Part shown: positions 55,557 through 63,406 of the stretch, one piece after another
Layout of the letters: each line of letters starts with the position of its first letter
Numbering within the stretch: position 1 is the first letter of the stretch
DNA from: Gemmatimonadota bacterium
Lineage (GTDB): Bacteria; Gemmatimonadota; Gemmatimonadetes; Gemmatimonadales; GWC2-71-9
Assembly (NCBI GenBank): GCA_003222155.1
Contig: QHUU01000054.1
Location: forward strand, 65,612 to 129,611
DNA length: 64,000 bases
Direction of reading: 5' to 3'
The notes under the pieces: generated by a model
Database searches by the model: none
The model's input: only the letters and a program-made list of their open reading frames with translations
What the model was told of the DNA's origin: nothing
Made by a program: the position numbers and the translations under genes

Positions 55557-55967
55557 ATGGCGATGTTCACCGAGAAAGGGCCGGGCGCGCCCGAGTCCGA
55601 AGCCGGACTCTCGATCATCGGCACCGGGATGCGCGTCGTCGGAGACATCACCGCCGACGGCGTCGTCAAGATCGAGGGCACCGTCGTGGGTACGGTGCGC
55701 GCCGCCCGGCAGGTGCTGGTAGGGCAGGGGGGTGAGGTCGAGGGGGACGTGATCTCGCGCGAGGCGATCATCGGCGGGGAAGTACGCGGCAGCATCCGCG
55801 CCGAAGAGCGCATCGAAATCCAGTCCACCAGCGTCGTGCATGGCGACGTGGCGGCCAAGCGGCTGCTGGTACAGGAAGGTGGTGAGATCAACGGCGTCGT
55901 GCGGATGGGCGAAGCGGCGCTCGAAGAAGAAGCCGGCGAGAAAGTCAGCGCGGCGCGGTCGTACTAG
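55557..55967 (+). CDS. Bactofilin (polymer-forming cytoskeletal protein)
   Basis: Repetitive beta-helix pattern IIGTGMRVVGDITADGVVKIEGTVVGTV...GEVEGDV...GEVRGSI. Starts 1 nt after the M23 stop. Confidence 0.9.
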   Translation: MAMFTEKGPGAPESEAGLSIIGTGMRVVGDITADGVVKIEGTVVGTVRAARQVLVGQGGEVEGDVISREAIIGGEVRGSIRAEERIEIQSTSVVHGDVAAKRLLVQEGGEINGVVRMGEAALEEEAGEKVSAARSY

Positions 55968-56051
55968 ACCGCCCCACAGGGATATCCACACTCCGCACCC
56001 CTCCCATGTGGATTTTGTATGTCGTTGTCAATAACTATCTTACCTGTTGTG

Positions 56052-56074
56052 GTGACGTGAGAATCTCACGTCAC
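56052..56074. repeat. Perfect 23-nt palindrome GTGACGTGAGA-A-TCTCACGTCAC upstream of the NIF3 gene
   Basis: Read directly from the sequence. It sits in an unusually AT-rich 136-nt intergenic region. GATAAT hexamers at 56079 and 56092. Confidence 0.85.
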
Positions 56075-56103
56075 TGTCGATAATCTGGTGAGATAATGTC
56101 TCC

Positions 56104-56880
56104 ATGCCGGCGCGCCTGATGCGCCCGACCGATCTGGCCGTGCTCGTGTCGTATCTCGACCGCTACCTCCGGATCAGCGAGGTGGCGGACGCTCCCAACG
56201 CGCTCAACGGGCTCCAGGTAGCGAACGGGGGAACGATCAGCCGCATTGCGGCCGCCGTGGACCTGTGCGCGGCCACGGTGCAGATGGCGGCGCAGCAGCG
56301 GGCGGACCTGCTGCTCGTGCATCACGGTCTCTTCTGGGGCGGGCTCGAGCCCCTCACGGGTCGCGCGTATCGGCGAGTTGCGGGACTCATCGAGCACAAG
56401 ATTGCGCTGTACAGCGCGCACCTTCCTCTCGACGTGCATCCCGAGGTCGGCAACAACGCCGTGCTGGCGCGCCAACTCGGCGTCGCCCGGCGGGGGGAGT
56501 TCGGGGAGGAGTACGGCATGCGGATCGGCGTGTGGGGAGAGGTCGACGTCCCGCGCGCGGCCCTGGCGCAGCGTCTCGCAGATGTCGTGGGCGGGCGCCC
56601 TCGTCTCATGGCGTTTGGGCCGGAGCGCGTGCAGCGCGTGGGTATCGTGACGGGAGCGGCGGGCTCGATGATCGGGCAGGCCGCCGCCCTGGGCCTCGAC
56701 ACCTACATCACGGGTGAAGGGGCGCACCACACGTTTTTCGACGCCGAGGAGCTGGGGCTGAACGTCTTCTACGCGGGGCACTATGCGACGGAAACGTTCG
56801 GCGTCAAGGCCCTGGCCGAGCGGCTCTGCGCGGAGTTCGACCTCCCCTGGGCGTTTCTGGACCACCCGACGGATCTCTGA
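56104..56880 (+). CDS. NIF3-family dinuclear metal centre protein (YbgI-like)
   Basis: NALNGLQV, LLLVHHGLFW, ITGEGAHH, AGHYATE. Confidence 0.9.
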   Translation: MPARLMRPTDLAVLVSYLDRYLRISEVADAPNALNGLQVANGGTISRIAAAVDLCAATVQMAAQQRADLLLVHHGLFWGGLEPLTGRAYRRVAGLIEHKIALYSAHLPLDVHPEVGNNAVLARQLGVARRGEFGEEYGMRIGVWGEVDVPRAALAQRLADVVGGRPRLMAFGPERVQRVGIVTGAAGSMIGQAAALGLDTYITGEGAHHTFFDAEELGLNVFYAGHYATETFGVKALAERLCAEFDLPWAFLDHPTDL

Positions 56881-56884
56881 GCCG

Positions 56885-58045
56885 TCACGGCACCGCCACG
56901 ATCCCGACTTCGTCGCCGAAGTCGTCGGCCGCACGAGTCAGGCCCGCCGGAACGATCCACGCGCCCCCGTCGATCCGCACGTTGAGCCGGTGCGTGCCGC
57001 TGGGAATGGGCAGCACGGTCTCCCACATTCCGTCCGCGGTGCGGCGCAGCGGCCGCGGTTGCCAGTCCGTAAAGTCGCCCGCGAGCTCCACGTCCGCCGC
57101 CGGGTTGGCGGTGTAGAGCACGACCCGGACGGCGCCGTTGGGCCGCGGCAGCACCTCGAGGCGCACGCTTGCGACGGGATCGCCGTCGTCCGGCATCCGC
57201 CGTGGCGATGCGGTCGGCGCGGAATTGCGCGACACGAGCGGCGCCGGGTTGGCAAGGCGCAGCCGCACGCCGCCGCTCACGTAGCGACCCGCGACGCTGC
57301 CGCTGACCGGATCCGTGGGGTAGCGGCCCCCGCTCAAAAACAGCGCCGTTCGCTCGCCGAGCGCGAGCGTCGCGCTCGCCTCGCCGAACACGCCGCGCCC
57401 GCCTCCCCGGCTCGCGAACCTGGCTCCCACGGACGCGTCGAATGCGAGCGCCCCGCGCAATGTGTGAGCGGTTGACACCAAATCGCTGTAGGCGGTGTCG
57501 CCCACGAACGAGCGGGTCGCCGACGCGGCCAGCATCACGTGGGAGCGCCGCGCCCAGGCTCCGATGGCCGCGACCGCCACCGGGCGCGCCGCGCTGCCGA
57601 ACGAGGTGCGTCCCCCCGTGCCTCCGATCCACACGCCGCGATCCGCTCCCAGGACATGCAGCCGCGCGTCGGCGGTCGCGTGCCAGAAGCTCGCGAAGTC
57701 GAGATAGCGGCTCGCGCCCAACGAGGCGCCGAGCTCTCCGCGCCAACCGCGCACGGGGGGTCGTACGAGCAACGAGCCGGCGAGCAGGCCCTGCAGACTC
57801 CGGTGGCCGCTCTCGAACCGCAGGTACGTGCCGCGCGCGGTGAGGGTGCCCGTCGGTTGCTCCCAGCGCACGGCGGGGGAGACGGACGCTGCGGCCGACG
57901 GGAGGAAGCCGTCGTAACGCACGGACGACAGGCCGACGTCGACGGTACCGGTCGCCTGGGCCGCCGGCGCACGGACGCCCAGGAGCGACCACGCCGCGGT
58001 GACGAACGCGGCCCACGGATGTCTCGCGGCCATGGGCGGCCGCAC
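56885..58045 (-). CDS. Hypothetical secreted beta-barrel-like protein with a C-terminal CBM48/AMPK-glycogen-binding-like domain
   Basis: Signal peptide. Beta-strand-rich body. C-terminal VELAGDFTDWQPRPLRRTADGMWETVLPIPSGTHRLNVRIDG. Confidence 0.6.
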   Translation of the reverse strand: MRPPMAARHPWAAFVTAAWSLLGVRAPAAQATGTVDVGLSSVRYDGFLPSAAASVSPAVRWEQPTGTLTARGTYLRFESGHRSLQGLLAGSLLVRPPVRGWRGELGASLGASRYLDFASFWHATADARLHVLGADRGVWIGGTGGRTSFGSAARPVAVAAIGAWARRSHVMLAASATRSFVGDTAYSDLVSTAHTLRGALAFDASVGARFASRGGGRGVFGEASATLALGERTALFLSGGRYPTDPVSGSVAGRYVSGGVRLRLANPAPLVSRNSAPTASPRRMPDDGDPVASVRLEVLPRPNGAVRVVLYTANPAADVELAGDFTDWQPRPLRRTADGMWETVLPIPSGTHRLNVRIDGGAWIVPAGLTRAADDFGDEVGIVAVP

Positions 58046-58048
58046 GTA

Positions 58049-58687
58049 TCAGGGACGACCGGGGCGCTGCTGGCGGGCCCCCGCGTTCACCTGGACGGCT
58101 GCGGCGGTGACCGCGGCGGCGGCGGCGGTCGCGGACGCGGGTGGCGCACCAAGCGCGATGTCGCGCTCCACGGCGCGGCGGAACTCGACCAGATCCGTGT
58201 CTCGCGATTTCGCGGCGAGGGAGAGCACCGCGGCCGCGGCGCTGTCGACCGGAACGCCGCTCGCGACCAGGTCCGTGAGCACGGCCAGCGGCACGGTGAG
58301 GGACTCGCGCCGGAGGCGCCGCAGCTCGGTCAAGATCGCGGGGGGCGCCCCGGCGCGCAGCGCCGCGGCCGCGGCCGCGAGCTCGGGTGGCGAGGTGGTG
58401 GGGCCGAGCGCGTCGCGCGCGTGACCCAGGTCGAGGGCCAGCCGGCGCACGGCGGCGACGATCCGGTCGGCGGCGGCCCGCTTGGTCGCCCCTTCGAGGG
58501 CGCGCTGCACGAGCGGCTCGGTGGGAAGGGCGGTCGCGCGCGCCGAATCGACCAGCGCCGCCACGATCGGCCGGGTGACCGAGTCGAGCCGCTCGAGCCG
58601 CGGATCGACCTGCTGGGCGGCGGCGGAGCCCGCGGCGAGAGTCACCACGACCAGGCCGGAGCCGAGCCCGCGCCAGTGCAGCGTCAC
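58049..58687 (-). CDS. Hypothetical secreted alpha-helical protein
   Basis: The GTG at 58687 overlaps the upstream TGA (GTGA). Signal-like LVVVTLAAGSAAAQ. Confidence 0.5.
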   Translation of the reverse strand: MTLHWRGLGSGLVVVTLAAGSAAAQQVDPRLERLDSVTRPIVAALVDSARATALPTEPLVQRALEGATKRAAADRIVAAVRRLALDLGHARDALGPTTSPPELAAAAAALRAGAPPAILTELRRLRRESLTVPLAVLTDLVASGVPVDSAAAAVLSLAAKSRDTDLVEFRRAVERDIALGAPPASATAAAAAVTAAAVQVNAGARQQRPGRP

Positions 58688-59229
58688 GAGCCCCCCACCG
58701 TCACGACCGAGCTGGGTGTGCCGAACTCGTCGTCGCGCGCGACGGGCGCCGCGGGATCCGCCACCCAGCTGACGCCGTCCACCAGGAACGCGTACCGATA
58801 GCGGCCCGGCGTCAACGGAATGACGGCCGTCCACACGGACGCGTCCCTGCGGGCACGCTGCATCGGCGTGCGCGCGGCATCCCAGTCGTTGAAGTCCCCT
58901 ACCAGCGACACGGTCGCGGCGCGCGGCGCGACGACGACGAAGCCGAACTCGCGCGCGCTCGCGGGCGCGGCGCGGTAGAATCGATCGGGACGCGACAGCG
59001 CCACGACCACGAACGCCGCGGCGATCGCGAGGGCGCCCAACGGCGAGAGCCGGACGGTCCGCGCCCGGGTGAGCCAGCGCCAGGCGGCGCGAGCCGTCCC
59101 TCCCCCCCGGTGCGCCGGGAGGTGCGCGATCTGCTCCATCACCCGCTCGTCGAGGGCCGAATCGACCGTGACGGGGCGACGCAAGTGCCGCACCACGCGC
59201 CCGACGAGCTCCTCATCCGCCTCAAACAC
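58684..59229 (-). CDS. Putative anti-sigma factor (single TM) with an extracytoplasmic CBM48-like domain
   Basis: The GTG start overlaps the ECF sigma stop by 8 nt. TM segment LGALAIAAAFVVVAL. VSLVGDFNDWDAARTPM...WTAVIPLTPGRYRYAFLVDG. Confidence 0.65.
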   Translation of the reverse strand: MFEADEELVGRVVRHLRRPVTVDSALDERVMEQIAHLPAHRGGGTARAAWRWLTRARTVRLSPLGALAIAAAFVVVALSRPDRFYRAAPASAREFGFVVVAPRAATVSLVGDFNDWDAARTPMQRARRDASVWTAVIPLTPGRYRYAFLVDGVSWVADPAAPVARDDEFGTPSSVVTVGGS

Positions 59230-59779
59230 GCTCCGCCTCCCTGAGAATCACCTGCAGTTGCTCGCGGGCGCGCTTCACGCGCATCTTGAGCGCCGACACG
59301 CCCGCACCCGTCAGCCGCGCCATCTCTTCGTATTCGAGATCCTCGACGTGCTTGAGGAGGAACGCCTCCCGGTATTCCGGGGTCAGCCTCGCCAGCGCCC
59401 AGCGCACCACATCCTCCCCCTCGGTCTGTTCCGCCGCGCTGGCGTGGGCGACGCCGTTGAGCGCGGCGTCGTCGCGCACGAAGACACGCCCGCGCTTCGC
59501 CGCCCGGGCGCCCGTCGTACGGCACCGATTCACCAGAATGCCATACAGCCAGGCCCCGAAACGCGCCGCGTCGTCACACCGCTCGAGCGAGCGATACGCC
59601 CGGACGAAGGCGTCCTGCAGCGCCTCCTCGGCGTCTTCGCGATTGCCGAGCATGTGCACGGCGTAGCGGGCCAGGCGGTCACGGTACCGCGCGACGAGTG
59701 CGGCGTAGGCCCCGGTGTCGCCGGCCAGTACACGGCGCACCACCTCCGCGTCGCTCGTCCCCACGCTGTCTATACCCAC
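59222..59779 (-). CDS. ECF-type RNA polymerase sigma factor
   Basis: Region 2 EEALQDAFVRAYRSL...FGAWLYGILVN. Region 4 EYEEMARLTGAGVSALKMRVKRAREQL. GTG at 59779 or 59764. Confidence 0.88.
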   Translation of the reverse strand: MGIDSVGTSDAEVVRRVLAGDTGAYAALVARYRDRLARYAVHMLGNREDAEEALQDAFVRAYRSLERCDDAARFGAWLYGILVNRCRTTGARAAKRGRVFVRDDAALNGVAHASAAEQTEGEDVVRWALARLTPEYREAFLLKHVEDLEYEEMARLTGAGVSALKMRVKRAREQLQVILREAERV

Positions 59780-59896
59780 GCGCGCCCCCGGGGCGTCACA
59801 TTGTCCTCCGACCACGGCGCTTGTGACGCCGCGGTCCAGAGCAGAGGTATCTCTCACGAAGGCGACCTGCAAGTCTGCTGCCACAGGAGCTGGTCC

Positions 59897-61849
59897 ATGT
59901 CGACGCGTGCCACACTCGCTGGGATCTTGGCGGTCGCGCTCTCCGCAGGGGGCTGCTACCAGGACGACGCCACGGCCAACGCCCCACAGGGCCTGAAGCC
60001 GCGCATCACGGTCCGGCTCACCGACGCTCCCTTCCCCTACGACTCGCTCCATAGCGTCACGATCTACGTGGTCCGGATCGAAGCCAACACGGCGCAGGAC
60101 ACGAGCGTCGACGGCCAGTGGGAGCTCATTACGGAGCCCCACAAGAGCTTCGACCTGCTCGCCTTGCAGCAGGGGACCACGGCGCTCCTGGGTGAGGGCG
60201 AGATGCCCGCAGGCCAGTACCACTCTGTCCGCATGACCCTCGACACGAGCCTGTCTTCGATCACCTGGAACGATGCGGCGCAGACGCCGGCGCAGGTGAA
60301 TTGGCATGGGTGGTCCACGATCTCGGCGTTCGTCGAGTATCCGGTCAACGTGCCGACGCAGGGCGCCGACATCGTGCTCGACTTCGACGTGGGCCGCAGC
60401 TTCCAGTTCAATTTTTACAACAGCAACAACGAGTTCGACTTCACACCTCAGCTGCGCGCGATCAACTCGGCGGCGGCGGGCGCGATCGCCGGGGTCGTGA
60501 CACAGGGCGCCAACGGTACCACCCAGCCGGTCTCGAACGCGCAGGTCTCGGTGTACGGCACTTATCCCGGCAGAGCGGACCTCACCTACTTGGAGGCCAC
60601 GGGTCGGAGCGACGGCGACGGCCGTTATAAGGTGGCGTTTCTGCCACCGGCCACCTATGTCGTGCGCATCGAAGAGCCGTTCCTGCCAAACCTCGATTCG
60701 GTGACCACGTCGGGCGTGGAGGTGACAGCTGGCAACACGACGCCCTTGTCGGTCCTGCTTCCCAACGCGGGTTCAGGCGGGGGGGCGTACGTGCGCATCT
60801 CGGGTCCGACCTCCGTCGGTGTGGGCGGGACGATCACTCTGTTCGCTGCCGTGGGAGACGCGAGCGGCAATCCAGTGCAGAATCCGTCGGTCACATGGAC
60901 GAGCAGCCCAGCCGACACGGCCAGCGTGACGGGGTTCGGCGATTCGGCGCGCGTCACAGGTCGGATGCAGGGCTTCGCCACGATCACGGCGACGAGCAAC
61001 GGTCTCAGCGACATGCATCGCGTGCAGATAACCGCTTCGTCGGCGCCCGTGGCGACCGTCACGGTTGTACCGGCGGACACTAACCTCACCGTGGGGGACA
61101 GCCTGGCCTTCCGTGCAGACCTCAAGGACGCCGCTGGGAATCTCCTGTCGAATCGATCGGTGTCCTGGTACACCGCCGACAGCACGGTCATTCAAGTCTA
61201 TGCCTACGGAACCGCGGCCCTTGTCCTCGCTCGGGCGGCGGGAACGGCCGTGCTCCACGCGACGAGTGAGGGGAAGACCGGGCAGGCGACGATGAGGGTG
61301 GCAGTGCCGGCGCCGGTCGCCACGGTTACGGTCGTGCCCGGTAGCGCCAGCCTCACTGTGGGAGACAACGCCACCTTCGCAGCGGACGTCAGGGACGCCG
61401 CCGGGAACGCGCTCAGCAACCGGGCCGTGTCATGGTCGAGCACCGACCCGTCGGTGTTGTCGATTGCGAGTACGGCCGGTGCCTCCGCGACCGTTCGTGC
61501 ACTGAGCGCCGGAACCGCGCGGGTGCGCGCGATCAGCGAAGGAAAGACCGGCGAGGCGAGCATCAGCGTCGCCGCCCCGGCCCCCGTGGCCACGGTCACG
61601 GTAGTGCCCGGGAGCGTTACCGCGGCCATCGGAGACAGTCTGAACTTCTACGCCGAGCTGCGCGATTCGGCGGGTAATCTCCTGTCCGGCCGCTCGGTAT
61701 CGTGGTTCACGGCTGACAGCACGACTATCGAGCTCCATACGTTCGGCGGGGACACGTTCGCGTTGGTATGGGCCCGCTCCGCCGGGATGGCGGTGCTCCG
61801 CGCCTCCGCCGAGGGCAAGACGGGCCAGGCGACGATCACCGTGCACTGA
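59897..61849 (+). CDS. Large lipoprotein: DUF4382-like, carboxypeptidase-regulatory-like, and four Big_2 Ig-like domains
   Basis: Lipobox LAVALSAGGC. ITVRLTDAPFPYD...FDLLALQQG...AGQYHSVRMTLD. SNAQVSVYG...GDGRYKV. Four units of the type VTVVP...LTVGD...A...D..GN.L....V.W.S.D. The upstream part of the track ORF is antisense to the sigma gene. Confidence 0.85.
   Translation: MSTRATLAGILAVALSAGGCYQDDATANAPQGLKPRITVRLTDAPFPYDSLHSVTIYVVRIEANTAQDTSVDGQWELITEPHKSFDLLALQQGTTALLGEGEMPAGQYHSVRMTLDTSLSSITWNDAAQTPAQVNWHGWSTISAFVEYPVNVPTQGADIVLDFDVGRSFQFNFYNSNNEFDFTPQLRAINSAAAGAIAGVVTQGANGTTQPVSNAQVSVYGTYPGRADLTYLEATGRSDGDGRYKVAFLPPATYVVRIEEPFLPNLDSVTTSGVEVTAGNTTPLSVLLPNAGSGGGAYVRISGPTSVGVGGTITLFAAVGDASGNPVQNPSVTWTSSPADTASVTGFGDSARVTGRMQGFATITATSNGLSDMHRVQITASSAPVATVTVVPADTNLTVGDSLAFRADLKDAAGNLLSNRSVSWYTADSTVIQVYAYGTAALVLARAAGTAVLHATSEGKTGQATMRVAVPAPVATVTVVPGSASLTVGDNATFAADVRDAAGNALSNRAVSWSSTDPSVLSIASTAGASATVRALSAGTARVRAISEGKTGEASISVAAPAPVATVTVVPGSVTAAIGDSLNFYAELRDSAGNLLSGRSVSWFTADSTTIELHTFGGDTFALVWARSAGMAVLRASAEGKTGQATITVH
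61049..61846 (+). repeat. Three tandem diverged ~267-270-bp coding repeats (Big_2 domains 2-4)
   Basis: Units start at 61049, 61316 and 61586, each beginning V-A-T-V-T-V-V-P. Similarity is visible at both DNA and protein level. Confidence 0.75.
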
Positions 61850-61921
61850 CCCGGGGGGCTCGCCGCGCGCCTCCCCGGCCCGTAGTTTGCGGGTTCCCCC
61901 GTTCCCTTGTCGGGAGGACTC

Positions 61922-63406
61922 GTGCGCTGCACTCCGCTGCTCGCCCTCGTCGTCTCGGCCGCCTGCGCCCGGCCGCCCCAGGCCATCACGCCGCCCCAGC
62001 CCGGCCTGTTCGGCCCGTCCAGTCAGCCGGTGCTCTTGCCGCCGCGATTCGGTGAGCCCGGCCTCCCGCGCTCCGACGCCGATTGGCGCGCCGTCGGCCG
62101 GGAGGCGGCGGCGCTCCTGTCGCAGTACGTCGCGATCAACACAACGAACCCTCCGGGCAACGAGCTCAAGACGGCCGAGTGGCTCAAGGCGGTGCTCGCG
62201 CGCGAGGGGATCAAGGCGCAGATCTTCGAGCCCAAGCCCGGCAAGGCGAACCTGTACGCGCGCCTCGGCGGCGACGGCAGCGCGCGGCCGCTCATCCTGC
62301 TGAACCACATGGACGTGGTGCTCGCGAGCCCGGAATACTGGAAGGTCGACCCCTTCGCCGGGACGGTGCAGGACGGCTATCTGTGGGGGCGTGGCGCACT
62401 CGACATGAAGGGCGAGGCGATTACGCAGCTCATGACACTGCTCACGCTCAAACGCGCCGGCGTGGCGCTCAAGCGGGACGTCATCTTCCTCGCGACGGCG
62501 GACGAGGAAGTGGGCGCCGGCGTGGGGGCGGGTTGGATGGTCGAGCATCATCCGGAGCTGGTGCAGGACGCCGAGTTCCTGCTCAACGAAGGGGGCACGA
62601 TCCGCGCGGGCCCCACCGGGCGGATCGAGTACTACGGCGTGGGGACCACCGAGAAATCACCCTTCTGGCTCGAGGTCACCGCCCATGGCACGGCGGGACA
62701 CGGCTCGCGCCCCACCCCCGACAACCCCGTGCACCGGCTGGTGCGGGCGCTGTATCGGATCGCTGCTTATCAGACGCCGCTCGTGGTCACGCCGGCGGTG
62801 GAGCGGTACCTGCGGGATCTCTCGGCCATCGAACCCGACCCGGTGCGGCGCACCTGGCTCGCGGACGTGCGCGCGGCGCTCAAGGATTCAGCGGCCGTCC
62901 GCGCCCTCACCGGAGACCTCACCTATAACGCGCTGCTCCGCAACACGATTTCGATCACCGGGCTCACGGGCAGCGACAAGACCAACGTGATCCCGCCGGT
63001 GGCCAGGGCCGGGCTCGACGTGCGGCTTCTGCCGGGACAGGACCCGGACGCGTTCCTGGCCGAGCTCGTGCGCGTGGTCGGGGACACGGCCGTCGCCATC
63101 ACGCCGCTCGGCCCCACCTGGCCGGCCACCGACAGTCCGACCGACACGGAGCTGTTTCGCTCCATCATGGCCGCGGCGCGCGAGCGAACGCCGAATGCTC
63201 TGGTTACCACGCCGCCGCTCACCGGGTTCACCGACAGCCATTACTTCCGGCAGCTCGGGATCGCGAGCTATGGGGTGTCGCCGTTTCCGCTCAACCAGAC
63301 CGAGTCCCGCGGCGTTCACGGGAACGACGAGCGGGTTAGTCTCGACGACATCGCGTTCGGCGTGCACTTCGTGTACGACATCGTCTCGCGCGTCGTCGCG
63401 AAGTGA
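61922..63406 (+). CDS. M20-family metallopeptidase, lipoprotein
   Basis: GGGAGG 4 nt upstream of the GTG. Lipobox LLALVVSAAC. LLNHMDVV, GRGALDMKG, ATADEEVG. Confidence 0.86.
   Translation: MRCTPLLALVVSAACARPPQAITPPQPGLFGPSSQPVLLPPRFGEPGLPRSDADWRAVGREAAALLSQYVAINTTNPPGNELKTAEWLKAVLAREGIKAQIFEPKPGKANLYARLGGDGSARPLILLNHMDVVLASPEYWKVDPFAGTVQDGYLWGRGALDMKGEAITQLMTLLTLKRAGVALKRDVIFLATADEEVGAGVGAGWMVEHHPELVQDAEFLLNEGGTIRAGPTGRIEYYGVGTTEKSPFWLEVTAHGTAGHGSRPTPDNPVHRLVRALYRIAAYQTPLVVTPAVERYLRDLSAIEPDPVRRTWLADVRAALKDSAAVRALTGDLTYNALLRNTISITGLTGSDKTNVIPPVARAGLDVRLLPGQDPDAFLAELVRVVGDTAVAITPLGPTWPATDSPTDTELFRSIMAAARERTPNALVTTPPLTGFTDSHYFRQLGIASYGVSPFPLNQTESRGVHGNDERVSLDDIAFGVHFVYDIVSRVVAK

Noticed and set aside
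55968-56103. Chromosomal replication origin (oriC) next to parAB
   Set aside because: There are only two imperfect DnaA-box-like 9-mers in 136 nt and no clear repeated AT-rich 13-mers. dnaN lies 56 kb away at the other end of the window. GC-skew on the full chromosome would be needed.
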